Origin: an uncultured delta proteobacterium
GTDB taxonomy: Bacteria > Myxococcota > Myxococcia > Myxococcales > Anaeromyxobacteraceae
Direction: 5' to 3'
Length of the DNA stretch: 64,000 nt
Assembly (NCBI GenBank): GCA_963814585.1
Contig: CAWFDF010000003.1
Coordinates: 192,001 to 256,000 of the forward strand
Part shown: positions 53,757-62,739 of the stretch, in pieces
Layout of the letters: the number at the start of each line of letters is the position of its first letter
Numbering within the stretch: the stretch's first letter is position 1
Notes under the pieces: model-generated
What the model was told of the DNA's origin: nothing
Databases searched by the model: none
Seen by the model: only the letters and a program-made list of their open reading frames with translations
Translations under genes and position numbers: made by a program

Positions 53757-54955
53757 GGCGTGCTCCAGAGCTTGATCGAGTCGGCGAAGGTGCCGGCCTG
53801 CTCCCGCACCGGCTGCATCTGCGCGGAGTTCTCGGCGTACTTGAAGCCGATGTGCGGGACGTCGACGCGGTCGAGGACCGCCTCGAGCATGGGCCGCTCG
53901 AGGAGCGCCGGGTCGCAGAAGCTCGGGGCGGCGAAGATGACCCCCTCGGCGGCGTTCCCCTTCACCGCGTCGAGGATGTAGCGCCCCTTGAGCTCCTGGC
54001 GCGGCTGGTACTTGGCCCCGGTCTCGGTCGAGCCGCTGAGGAACGCCGTCGCCAGGGCGGCGATGGGGTCGCCGCTGGTGGGGAGGTCCTCGAGCAGCCA
54101 GCGGTTCACCAGCATGAAGTCGTCGTCGACGATGTAGCAGCCCGACATCTCGATGGCCTTGATGAGGCTGAGCGGCGGCTGCTCGCAAAAGACGCCGCTC
54201 AGGACGATCCGGCAGTTGTCGCGGCGCGGGCGATCCTCGGCCCGGGCGGCGGCCAGGTAGTCGGCCAGCAGCTGGTTGTGCTCCTCGACGGGGAGCACCA
54301 TCCCGGCCCGCAGCACCAGGTACAGCTCGGAGGCCGGCGCCCGCCAGGGCGCCTCGGCGCGGAAGGCGTAGAGCTCGCGGACCAGCCGCCGGTTCTGGTT
54401 GTAGAGGGCGAACGAGGCCCGCAGCGCGTCGTCGCTGACGGGCCGGCCGGCCAGCCGGGCCAGGCCCTCGCGGAGCTCCTGGAGCTCCTGGCGGTAGAAG
54501 GTCCCGCCCACCTCCGGGTCGAAGTTCTGGGGGACGTCGAAGTACCGGACGTAGACCTTGGGGAAGAGGATCTTCCAGATGCCGGAGAGGTTGCGGATGA
54601 CGTCGCAGATGGAGGGGAAGAGGAACCCGTCGACGAAGTCGAGCCGGCCGGTGATCCCGAGGTCGAGGGTCGAGCGCGGGATGCGGCAGATGTAGCTCTG
54701 GTAGTAGGCGTCGCCGTGGATGACCTCGAGGTTCTCGCCGGCCCCCAGGATCCCCAGCGGGAGCATCCCGGCCGCGTGGATCAGCTCCAGGGGCACGTAG
54801 ATGGGCATGTAGGCGACGACCTTCCGTCCCGGGGCGGCGGCCTTCCACTGGCGCGCCGCGCCGAAGGAGATGTCGTCGAAGAGGGCCTGGCACCGCGCCA
54901 CCAGGGCCGCGGTCGTGGTGGTCGCCGGGGCGGCGCCGGTCGTGGTGGTCGCCAT
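53753..54955 (-). CDS. bcrC: Benzoyl-CoA reductase subunit C
   Basis: Motifs [46 protein letters not shown] and [25 protein letters not shown]. Confidence 0.93.
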   Translation of the reverse strand: MATTTTGAAPATTTTAALVARCQALFDDISFGAARQWKAAAPGRKVVAYMPIYVPLELIHAAGMLPLGILGAGENLEVIHGDAYYQSYICRIPRSTLDLGITGRLDFVDGFLFPSICDVIRNLSGIWKILFPKVYVRYFDVPQNFDPEVGGTFYRQELQELREGLARLAGRPVSDDALRASFALYNQNRRLVRELYAFRAEAPWRAPASELYLVLRAGMVLPVEEHNQLLADYLAAARAEDRPRRDNCRIVLSGVFCEQPPLSLIKAIEMSGCYIVDDDFMLVNRWLLEDLPTSGDPIAALATAFLSGSTETGAKYQPRQELKGRYILDAVKGNAAEGVIFAAPSFCDPALLERPMLEAVLDRVDVPHIGFKYAENSAQMQPVREQAGTFADSIKLWSTP

Positions 54956-54957
54956 GT

Positions 54958-55782
54958 TCAGCGGTCCTCCCAGCGGGCCGGGCGCTTCTCGAGGAAGGCG
55001 GTGAGCCCCTCCACCGGGTCGGCTCGCCTCATGAGCTCGTCGAGGTAGATGGTCTCCAGGGCCGCCAGCTTGGCGCGGACCCGCTCGACGAGCCCCATCC
55101 GGGAGGCGCGGGCGGCGAAGCCGAGCGAGACGGCGGAGCGGCCGGCCAGGTGGGCGTCGAACCAGGCGAGCGCGGCGGCCTCCGGGTCGGCGGCCACCGC
55201 GCAGGCCAGGCCGAGGCGGTGCGCCTCGGCCCCGTCGATGGCGCGGCCGGAGAGGAGGAGGTCGTCGGCCGCGGCCGGGCCGATCCGCTCGGGGAGCAGG
55301 CAGGAGGCCGCCGGGGCGAAGACCCCGAGGACGATCTCGGGCTGGCCCAGCTTCGCCTCCGGGGCGGTGAAGAGGAGGTGTGCGGCGCTGGCCAGCTCCA
55401 GCCCGCCGCCGAGGCACTGGCCCCTCACCGCCACCAGGATGGGGACCGGGAGCTCGAGCATGCGGAGGAGGAGCGCGTGGAAGCCACGCAGCATGGCCGC
55501 GCAGGTCGCCGGGAGGTGCTCCTCGACGCTGGCGCCGAAGCTGAAGTGCGGGCCCTCGGCGTCGAGGAGGATGGCCCGCAGTGCGGGCTGGCCGTCGGCC
55601 CGCAGTGCGGGCTGGCCGTCTCCCCGCCGTGCTGGCGCCTCCGCGGCGGCGCCGGCGAAGGCGGCGTCGAGGGCCGCCACCATGGCCGCGTCGAGGACGT
55701 TGGCCTTGGGCCGGTCGAGCCGGATCCGGAGGAGCCGGCCCTCGCGCTCGCGCCAGGCGCGCACCGGAGCGGCGGCGCCCAT
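54958..55782 (-). CDS. dch: Cyclohexa-1,5-diene-1-carbonyl-CoA hydratase
   Basis: Motifs RPKANVLD, GPHFSFGASVEEH, GQCLGGGLE and GQPEIVLGVFAPAAS. Located in the bcr operon. Confidence 0.9.
   Translation of the reverse strand: MGAAAPVRAWREREGRLLRIRLDRPKANVLDAAMVAALDAAFAGAAAEAPARRGDGQPALRADGQPALRAILLDAEGPHFSFGASVEEHLPATCAAMLRGFHALLLRMLELPVPILVAVRGQCLGGGLELASAAHLLFTAPEAKLGQPEIVLGVFAPAASCLLPERIGPAAADDLLLSGRAIDGAEAHRLGLACAVAADPEAAALAWFDAHLAGRSAVSLGFAARASRMGLVERVRAKLAALETIYLDELMRRADPVEGLTAFLEKRPARWEDR
55573..55620. repeat. Perfect 24-bp tandem duplication inside dch
   Basis: GGCCCGCAGTGCGGGCTGGCCGTC occurs twice, encoding DGQPALRA twice. Each unit contains the inverted repeat GCCCGCA-G-TGCGGGC. 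Confidence 0.9.
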
Positions 55783-56927
55783 CACCGCCCTCCGCCCGAC
55801 CTGGCGGCGGGGAGCAGGCTCTCGACCAGCTCGGGGCTCCAGGGCGTGGCGCGGGCCAGGGCCTGCCGGAGGGCCACGAAGTCGGCCTCGCGGTCGTCCT
55901 TGGTCCCCTCGTTGAAGGCCCGGAAGCCGGTGCGCGCCTCGGTCATCATGTTGAGGGCCAGCCAGGCACGCGAGTTCTCCTTGTTGGCGGTCCAGGCCTG
56001 CAGCTTCGGCTTGCGCAGCTCCTCGATGGTCTTGGTGGTGCAGTCGGGGAAGGTGAGGAGCAGCTTGGCGCAGAGCTGCTCGACCCGCTCGTCGAGCATG
56101 GCCAGGTCCACGGTGCCGCGCTTCATGAGCTCCTTGCCCTCGGCCAGGGCCGTTCCGGTCTTGGGCTCCCCGTGGAGGTAGCGGCCGTACTCGTCGAGGA
56201 GGCGATCGGTCCAGACCAGCGGGTTGGCGACGTACTTCCCGTCGACCCGGAGGGCCGGGACCACGTCGCTGATCATCCCTTCCCGGTAGGCGCGGTGGGC
56301 CGACCACGGCTCGCAGAGCAGGCCGGTCTCCATGGCCCGCTCGCCGCCCAGCAGGACCGGGAGGAAGTCGGTGGCCCCGCCGATGGGCGCCGACCCGTGC
56401 TTCGGCCCGGCCTGCCCGAAGCGGGCCAGGTCCTGGGCGACGGAGAAGTCGCAGGCCATCCCGATCTCCTGCCCGCCGCCGATGCGCATGCCGTTGACGC
56501 GGCAGATCACCGGCTTGTCGCAGCCGAGGATGGCGCTCACCATGTCGTTGAAGAGCCGCATGTACTGCCGGTACTCCTGGGGATTCCCGGCGTAGTACTC
56601 GGCGTACTCCTTGGTGTTGCCGCCGGTGCAGAAGGCCTTGTCCCCGGCGCCGGTGAACACCACCGACACCACGTCACGCGCGCTGGAGGCCGCGCCGAAG
56701 GCCAGGATGACCGCCTTCACCATGTCGGTGGTGTAGGAGTTGTACTGGGCCTGGTTGTCGAGGACGATCCAGGCGTTGAAGAGCCCCGCCACCTCGGTCC
56801 CGTCGGGGCGGCGCGCCGGGCGCTTCTCGAAGCGCACGCCCACGCCGGCCGGCATGGGCGCCAGCTGGTGATCCCTGGCCTGGCTGGGCGCCGTCGATCG
56901 AATCACCTCTTCCGTCCTCTTCGACAT
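55782..56927 (-). CDS. oah: 6-oxocyclohex-1-ene-1-carbonyl-CoA hydrolase (ring opening)
   Basis: Motifs QYNSYTT, FCTGGNTKEYAEYYAG, NGMRIGGGQEIGMACD, GQAGPKHGSAP.GGATDFL and NKENSRAWLALNM. Confidence 0.95.
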   Translation of the reverse strand: MSKRTEEVIRSTAPSQARDHQLAPMPAGVGVRFEKRPARRPDGTEVAGLFNAWIVLDNQAQYNSYTTDMVKAVILAFGAASSARDVVSVVFTGAGDKAFCTGGNTKEYAEYYAGNPQEYRQYMRLFNDMVSAILGCDKPVICRVNGMRIGGGQEIGMACDFSVAQDLARFGQAGPKHGSAPIGGATDFLPVLLGGERAMETGLLCEPWSAHRAYREGMISDVVPALRVDGKYVANPLVWTDRLLDEYGRYLHGEPKTGTALAEGKELMKRGTVDLAMLDERVEQLCAKLLLTFPDCTTKTIEELRKPKLQAWTANKENSRAWLALNMMTEARTGFRAFNEGTKDDREADFVALRQALARATPWSPELVESLLPAARSGGGR

Positions 56928-56944
56928 GTCGGGTCTCCGCGGGT

Positions 56945-58003
56945 TCAGGGGATGAGGATGGCGCGGCGGGAGAGCTTCTTCTGGTGGGCCAGGCCGAAGA
57001 CCGCGTTGGCCTCGGCCAGGGGATGGCGCTCGACGTACGGGGCGAGCTGGACCTTCCCGTCGAGGACCAGGTCGAGGGCGGCCGGGTAGAGCTCCGGCGC
57101 GCAGCCCCAGTTCCCCAGCGCCCGGGCGTGGAAGGCCATCAGGTTGGAGAGCCGCAGCTCGACCTTGTCCATGGTGAAGCCGACCACCGCCAGGGTGGCC
57201 CCGTGGACCAGCAGGCCCCAGGCCGTGAGCTGCCCGGCGGCGGTCCCGGAGCACTCGAAGATGGCCCACTCCCGCGCCGAGGCCCCGCTCTTCCTGGCGT
57301 GCTCCCCGATCTCCTTCTTGAGCGCTTTGGGATCGAGCAGCCTCGGGTTGAACCCGCGGGCCACCCCCCGGGACTCGAGCTGGTCGAGCCTGGCCTGGTC
57401 GACGTCGAGGGCCACCACCGTGGCCCCGAAGGCCCTGGCGATCTGCGCCGCGTAGGAGCCGACCCCGCCCACGCCGATGACGACGGCCAGGGTGCCGGCG
57501 GCGACGCCCGCCTGGACCACCGCCTGGTACGGGGTGGTCACCGCGTCGGCGACCACCGAGACGTCGGCCAGGGTCAGCCCGGCCCCGGCCAGCCGGGTCT
57601 CGTCGACGGCGCAGAGGCCGCGGGCGGGAACGGCGACGTGGGTGGCGAAGCCGCCGTGGATGTCGTTCCCGGGCATCTGCTGGGCGGGGCAGATGGTCCC
57701 CTTGCCACGCCGGCAGGCGTCGCACTGGCCGCACGGGATGACCGCCGGGACGATGACGGCGCGCCCCAGCCACGGCTCGGCGCCGGGCCCGGCGGCCGCC
57801 ACCCGGCCGCTGATCTCGTGGCCGAGCGCCAGCGGCAGCGCGTGGTTGGTCCTGACCCCGTCGTAGTAGAATCCGAGGTCGGTATGGCAGACCCCGCAGC
57901 CGGCGACCTCGACCCAGACGCCACCAGCCGGCGGCGCCTCCAGCGCCATCGGCTCCATGGCCAGCGGCTCGCCCGCCGCCCTCATCACCCAGCGATGCGC
58001 CAT
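56945..58003 (-). CDS. had: 6-hydroxycyclohex-1-ene-1-carbonyl-CoA dehydrogenase (Zn-dependent MDR)
   Basis: Motifs [51 protein letters not shown] and [10 protein letters not shown]...GNWGC. Confidence 0.93.
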   Translation of the reverse strand: MAHRWVMRAAGEPLAMEPMALEAPPAGGVWVEVAGCGVCHTDLGFYYDGVRTNHALPLALGHEISGRVAAAGPGAEPWLGRAVIVPAVIPCGQCDACRRGKGTICPAQQMPGNDIHGGFATHVAVPARGLCAVDETRLAGAGLTLADVSVVADAVTTPYQAVVQAGVAAGTLAVVIGVGGVGSYAAQIARAFGATVVALDVDQARLDQLESRGVARGFNPRLLDPKALKKEIGEHARKSGASAREWAIFECSGTAAGQLTAWGLLVHGATLAVVGFTMDKVELRLSNLMAFHARALGNWGCAPELYPAALDLVLDGKVQLAPYVERHPLAEANAVFGLAHQKKLSRRAILIP

Positions 58004-58069
58004 GGCCTCGGCCTCCCCTGGTGAACCGCTCCCGGCAGCCCCCCGGTCAGGCCGGGACCCGGTCGCCGA

Positions 58070-58127
58070 TTGACTGGATCGATCTCAAAGTGGTAAACTA
58101 GTACCAGAATCCAACGTTCGCCGTCAA
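58070..58127. promoter_or_regulatory. Dyad-symmetric divergent promoter/operator between had and gcdH
   Basis: The + strand reads TTGACT-N18-TAAACT and the - strand reads TTGACG-N18-TACTAG, both with TGn before the -10. The palindrome TGGTA-N6-TACCA (58091-58106) lies on the same symmetry axis. Confidence 0.65.
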
Positions 58128-58181
58128 CGGTCGTCGTCCACCTGGTCCCGGGTCCCCCGGAACCACCCCGAGGAGGCCCGA

Positions 58182-59366
58182 GTGAGTGCCAGCGATCCCG
58201 TGTTCCGCTGGGAGGACGCGCTGCGGCTCGAGGACGAGCTCACCACCGAGGAGCGGCTGGTGCGCGACAGCGCCCGGGACTACTGCCGCGACCGGCTCAT
58301 GCCGCGGGTGCTCGAGGCCAACCGGCAGGAGCGCTTCGATCGCGAGATCCTCCGCGAGCTCGGCGAGCTCGGCATGCTCGGGCCGACCATCGAGGGGTAC
58401 GGCTGCGCCGGGGCCTCCCACGTGGCCTATGGCCTGGTGGCCCGGGAGGTGGAGCGGGTCGACTCCGGCTACCGCTCCGCCATGAGCGTCCAGTCCAGCC
58501 TGGTCATGCACCCCATCCACGCCTACGGCACCGAGGCGCAGCGGCAGAGGTACCTGCCGCCGCTGGCCCGCGGCGAGCTGGTCGGCTGCTTCGGCCTCAC
58601 CGAGCCCGACGCCGGGTCGGACCCGGGGAGCATGCGGAGCCGGGCCCGGAAGGTCGGCGACGGCTGGGTGCTCACCGGCACCAAGATGTGGATCACCAAC
58701 TCGCCCATCGCCGACGTCTTCATCGTCTGGGCCAAGGACGACGAGGGGGTGGTCCGCGGCTTCATCCTCGAGAAGGGGATGAAGGGGCTCTCGGCGCCCA
58801 CCATCGAGGGCAAGTTCAGCCTGCGAGCCTCGGTCACCGGCGAGATCGTCATGGACGAGGTGGCGGTCCCGGAGGCCCAGCGGCTCCCTGGCGCCTCCGG
58901 CCTGAAGGGGCCGTTCGGCTGCCTCAACAAGGCCCGCTACGGCATCGCCTGGGGTGCCCTGGGCGCCGCCGAGTTCTGCTGGCACGCCGCCCGGGCCTAC
59001 ACCCTGGACCGCAAGCAGTTCGGGCGGCCGCTGGCCGCCACCCAGCTGGTCCAGCTCAAGCTGGCCGACATGCAGACCGAGATCACCCTGGGGCTGCAGG
59101 CCTGCCTCCGCGTCGGGCGGCTCATGGACCGCCACGAGGCGACGCCGGAGATGGTCTCGCTCATCAAGCGCAACAGCGCCGGCAAGGCCCTGGCCATCGC
59201 CCGCCTCGCCCGGGACATGCACGGCGGCAACGGCATCTCCGACGAGTTCCACGTCATCCGCCACCTCATGAACCTGGAGTCGGTGAACACCTACGAGGGC
59301 ACCCACGACATCCACGCCCTCGTCCTGGGCCGGGCCCAGACCGGCATCCAGGCCTTCTCGACCTGA
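58182..59366 (+). CDS. gcdH: Glutaryl-CoA dehydrogenase (decarboxylating type)
   Basis: Motifs [48 protein letters not shown] and [19 protein letters not shown]. Confidence 0.93.
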   Translation: MSASDPVFRWEDALRLEDELTTEERLVRDSARDYCRDRLMPRVLEANRQERFDREILRELGELGMLGPTIEGYGCAGASHVAYGLVAREVERVDSGYRSAMSVQSSLVMHPIHAYGTEAQRQRYLPPLARGELVGCFGLTEPDAGSDPGSMRSRARKVGDGWVLTGTKMWITNSPIADVFIVWAKDDEGVVRGFILEKGMKGLSAPTIEGKFSLRASVTGEIVMDEVAVPEAQRLPGASGLKGPFGCLNKARYGIAWGALGAAEFCWHAARAYTLDRKQFGRPLAATQLVQLKLADMQTEITLGLQACLRVGRLMDRHEATPEMVSLIKRNSAGKALAIARLARDMHGGNGISDEFHVIRHLMNLESVNTYEGTHDIHALVLGRAQTGIQAFST

Positions 59367-59412
59367 GTCATCGAGGCGGGGGCCAGGGGCCCCTGCCAGC
59401 GGGAGCGTCCAC

Positions 59413-60600
59413 ATGGCCGAAGCCTGGATCGTCGACGCCGTCCGCACGCCCATGGGGCGCTACGGCGGGGCGCTGGCCGGCGTCCGCCCCGACGACCTCG
59501 GCGCCGTGGTGCTCCGCGCCCTCCTCGCGAGGACCGGCGTCCCCGCGGCGGACGTCGAGGACGTCTACCTCGGCTGCGCCAACCAGGCCGGCGAGGACTG
59601 CCGCAACGTGGCCCGGATGAGCTCGCTCCTGGCCGGCTACCCCATCGAGTCCGGCGCCTGCACCGTGAACCGGCTCTGCGGGTCCGGGCTCGAGGCGGTC
59701 GCCGCCGCGGCGCGCGCCGTCATGGCCGGCGAGGCCCACGTCTACGTCGGGGGGGGCGTCGAGTCGATGTCGCGCGCGCCCTGGGCCATGGCCAAGCCCG
59801 ACCGGGCGCTCCCCCGCGGCAACGCCACGGCCCACGACACCGCGCTCGGCTGGCGCTTCACCAACCCGGCCCTCGAGGCGCTCGGCCACACCGACTCGCT
59901 GGGCCAGACGGCCGAGAACCTGGCGGCCGAGCTCGGCATCTCCCGGCAGGCCCAGGACGCCTACGCCCTCCGCAGCCACCAGAAGGCGGTGGCGGCGCAG
60001 GACGCCGGCCACTTCGCCGCCGAGCTGGTCGGCGTGAAGGTGGAGGGTGGCGAGGTGACCGCCGACGAGGGGCCGCGGCGCGACACCACGCTGGAGCGGC
60101 TGGCCCGGCTCTCCGCCGCCTTCAGGAAGGGCGGCACCGTGACCGCCGGCAACTCCAGCACCCTCAACGACGGCGCCGCCGCCGTGCTGGTGGTCTCGGC
60201 GGACTACGCCCGGGCCCACGGCCTCGAGCCGCTGGCGCGCATCCGCTCGATCGCCGTGGCCGGCGTCCCGCCTCGGACCATGGGGATCGGCCCGGTCCCG
60301 GCCACCAGGAAGGCGCTGGCGCGCGCCGGGCGAACCCTGGCGGAGCTCCACCGCATCGAGCTCAACGAGGCCTTCGCGGCGCAGTCGCTGGCCGTCCTGG
60401 CCGGCTGGGAGCTCGAGGCCGACGACCCGCGGGTCAACGCCAGCGGCGGGGCCATCGCGCTCGGCCACCCCCTCGGCTGCTCGGGGGCCCGGCTGCTGGC
60501 GACGCTGGTCCACGGCCTGGTGCGGACCGGCCAGGCGCTCGGCCTGGCGACGATGTGCATCGGCGTCGGGCAGGGCATCGCCATGGTGGTGGAGCGGTAG
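59413..60600 (+). CDS. Acetyl-CoA C-acyltransferase (thiolase, PcaF/PaaJ-like)
   Basis: Motifs [47 protein letters not shown] and MCIGVGQG. Confidence 0.92.
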   Translation: MAEAWIVDAVRTPMGRYGGALAGVRPDDLGAVVLRALLARTGVPAADVEDVYLGCANQAGEDCRNVARMSSLLAGYPIESGACTVNRLCGSGLEAVAAAARAVMAGEAHVYVGGGVESMSRAPWAMAKPDRALPRGNATAHDTALGWRFTNPALEALGHTDSLGQTAENLAAELGISRQAQDAYALRSHQKAVAAQDAGHFAAELVGVKVEGGEVTADEGPRRDTTLERLARLSAAFRKGGTVTAGNSSTLNDGAAAVLVVSADYARAHGLEPLARIRSIAVAGVPPRTMGIGPVPATRKALARAGRTLAELHRIELNEAFAAQSLAVLAGWELEADDPRVNASGGAIALGHPLGCSGARLLATLVHGLVRTGQALGLATMCIGVGQGIAMVVER

Positions 60601-60656
60601 CGGTCGCCGCTCCGGGGCCGCGGCGCGGCCGGTGCCCGGCCGGCAAGGTCTCGGGA

Positions 60657-61016
60657 CTAGTTGGGGGTCCAGACGCCGGCCGGCGGCTCGAGGCAGAAGG
60701 CCTCGGCGTCGGCGGCGACAATCGGAGCGTAGAAGCTGTAGACCTGCTCGGGGTTGGTGCCGGGCATCCTGCACCGCCCGACCCGGTTGGCGGTCGGGCA
60801 ACCCGATCCCGCGGTGCCGCCGGCCGTGGCGCACTCCGCGTTGAACGCCGAGGTGTCGGCCGCGGTCGGGGTCCCGGTGGCGGCGAGGCAGTACGCCTCG
60901 GCCGGGACGTTGCAGCTGAGGGTGACGGTGGCCGGGGCGGGGGGGTCGTCGCTGCCACCGCAGGCCGCGGCCAGGATGGCGAGCAAGCCAGCGGCGGCGA
61001 GGTTCTTGGCGTTCAT
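60657..61016 (-). CDS. Small Cys-rich lipoprotein
   Basis: MNAKNLAAAGLLAILAAAC lipobox with six further Cys. AAAGG upstream. Confidence 0.7.
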   Translation of the reverse strand: MNAKNLAAAGLLAILAAACGGSDDPPAPATVTLSCNVPAEAYCLAATGTPTAADTSAFNAECATAGGTAGSGCPTANRVGRCRMPGTNPEQVYSFYAPIVAADAEAFCLEPPAGVWTPN

Positions 61017-61197
61017 GGGGATTGGACCTTTCGGGGTGGAGAGGAGCGCCTCGATCTGCTGACCTGCGCCAGCGCCCGGTGTGACATCCCCGGGGCCGAA
61101 AGAGCGCTCGCCCGCCACGCCGTGGGTCCCGCCGCAGCGACTCCTTCCGGCCAGGGAAGCATGCGAAGCTGCAGGCTGGAGCCTGACGGGGGGACCC

Positions 61198-62592
61198 ATG
61201 CCCAGCCTCGCCGAGACCCTTCGCGCCGCCGGGATGGCGGCCACCGACGCCGGGCGCCCCGAGGCGCTGCGGCCCGCGCTGGGCCGTGATCTGCAGGCCG
61301 ACTGGGCGGTGGCCGGTCCGCACCTCCAGGCCTGCGTCGACCTGCTGCGTCAGCTGCCGGCCAGGCCCCGTCGCAGCCCGCCCGAGCAGGCGGCCGCCGC
61401 GGCGCTGCTGGAGGAGGGCCGCTCGGCCCGCGAGGCCCTGCTGCGGCGCCACGCCCCCGCCATCTACGCCCGGCTCACCGCCGGTCGAACCCGCCTGGTG
61501 CGCATGGTGGAGCTGGCCGAGGCGGCGGCCGCCGCCTTCCCGGGCCTGGTGCCGGACGCCGGGCAGGTGGCGTCCGAGCAGCACCACCCGCTGCCGGAGC
61601 AGGACGGCCTGCAAGTCGACCAGGGGATCTTCTTCGCGCACGTGCTCGCCAATCCGGCCTCGGGCCTGCACCTGCTCCAGGCCATGGGACAGGCCACCCC
61701 GGCGGCGCTGGAGCGGCTCCCCGCGCTGCGGGCCGCGGGACGGGTCGAGCTGCCCCAGGCCACGCTGGAGCGGGTCGGGGTGCGGGGGCACATCACCTTC
61801 CACAACCAGCCCTGGCTCAACGCCGAGGACGACGAGACCGAGGAGGCGCTGGAGACGCTGGTGGACCTGGTGCTGCTCGACGACGCCATCCAGGTGGGGG
61901 TGATGCGCGGCGCGCCCATGACCAAGGCGAAGTACGCCGGGCGCCGCGTCTTCGGCGCCGGCATCAACCTGACCCGGCTCTATCACGGCCAGATCTCGCT
62001 GGTGCGCTTCATGCTCCAGCGGGAGGCCGGCCCCCTCGCCAAGGTCTACCGCGGCCTGGCCCGCCCCGAGCCGGATCGGGCCGGCGACGACGATCGCACC
62101 GAGAAGCCCTTCATCGGAGCGGTCGACGCCTTCGCCATCGGCGGCCACTGCCAGCTGCTGCTGGTGCTGGACCGGGTCATCGCCCAGCGCGACGCCTACT
62201 TCAACCTGCCGGCCCGCAAGGAGGGCATCGTCCCCGGCCTGGCCAACCTCCGCCTGCCACGCTTCGTGGGCGAGCGGGCGGCGCGCCAGGGCATCTTCTT
62301 CGACCGCCCCTTCCAGGCCGACAGCCCGGAGGGCCGGCTGCTCTGCGACCAGGTGGTGGACGGGGACGCCGAGATGGAGGCGGCCGTCGCCACCGCCGCC
62401 GCCAATCTGCTCGGCGCCGGCACGACCAGCCTCACCGCCAACCGGCGCGCCCTCCGGGTCGGGGCCGAGCCGCTCGACCTCTTCCGCCGCTACCTGGCCA
62501 CCTACGCCCGCCAGCAGGCCCACTGCGTCTACAGCCCGGCCCTCATCGACAACCTGGTGCGCCACTGGAACGCCCAGCAGCGCGCCACCTGA
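61198..62592 (+). CDS. DpgC-like crotonase-superfamily protein (cofactor-independent arylacetyl-CoA 1,2-dioxygenase homologue)
   Basis: Long N-terminal extension with DQGIFF. Motifs LNAED, RVFGAGINL, ISLVRF..QRE.G, EKPFIGAVDAFAIGG.CQLLLVLD, LPARKEGIVPGLANLRL and ANRR match DpgC as I recall it. Confidence 0.8.
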   Translation: MPSLAETLRAAGMAATDAGRPEALRPALGRDLQADWAVAGPHLQACVDLLRQLPARPRRSPPEQAAAAALLEEGRSAREALLRRHAPAIYARLTAGRTRLVRMVELAEAAAAAFPGLVPDAGQVASEQHHPLPEQDGLQVDQGIFFAHVLANPASGLHLLQAMGQATPAALERLPALRAAGRVELPQATLERVGVRGHITFHNQPWLNAEDDETEEALETLVDLVLLDDAIQVGVMRGAPMTKAKYAGRRVFGAGINLTRLYHGQISLVRFMLQREAGPLAKVYRGLARPEPDRAGDDDRTEKPFIGAVDAFAIGGHCQLLLVLDRVIAQRDAYFNLPARKEGIVPGLANLRLPRFVGERAARQGIFFDRPFQADSPEGRLLCDQVVDGDAEMEAAVATAAANLLGAGTTSLTANRRALRVGAEPLDLFRRYLATYARQQAHCVYSPALIDNLVRHWNAQQRAT

Positions 62593-62739
62593 TGGCGCCC
62601 CCGGCCGGGTCGAGGTGGCCGGGCCGGCCGGCGCCCACCCCGGCACCCCGCGCTCCAGCGTGGCACGGCCGACCAGCGGCCTCCGGTCCAGCCTCCGGTC
62701 GCTCGTCACGGCCCGCGGCGCCGGACGGGCCGAGGCGCC

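Noticed and set aside
50225..54955. 2-hydroxyacyl-CoA dehydratase plus activator instead of BCR
   Set aside because: The four-subunit CBAD layout with BCR-specific motifs and the adjacent dch/oah/had genes identify benzoyl-CoA reductase.
61198..62592. Glycopeptide/dihydroxyphenylglycine biosynthetic cluster
   Set aside because: No dpgA, dpgB/D, aminotransferase or NRPS genes in the window. The recognisable neighbours are catabolic or regulatory.
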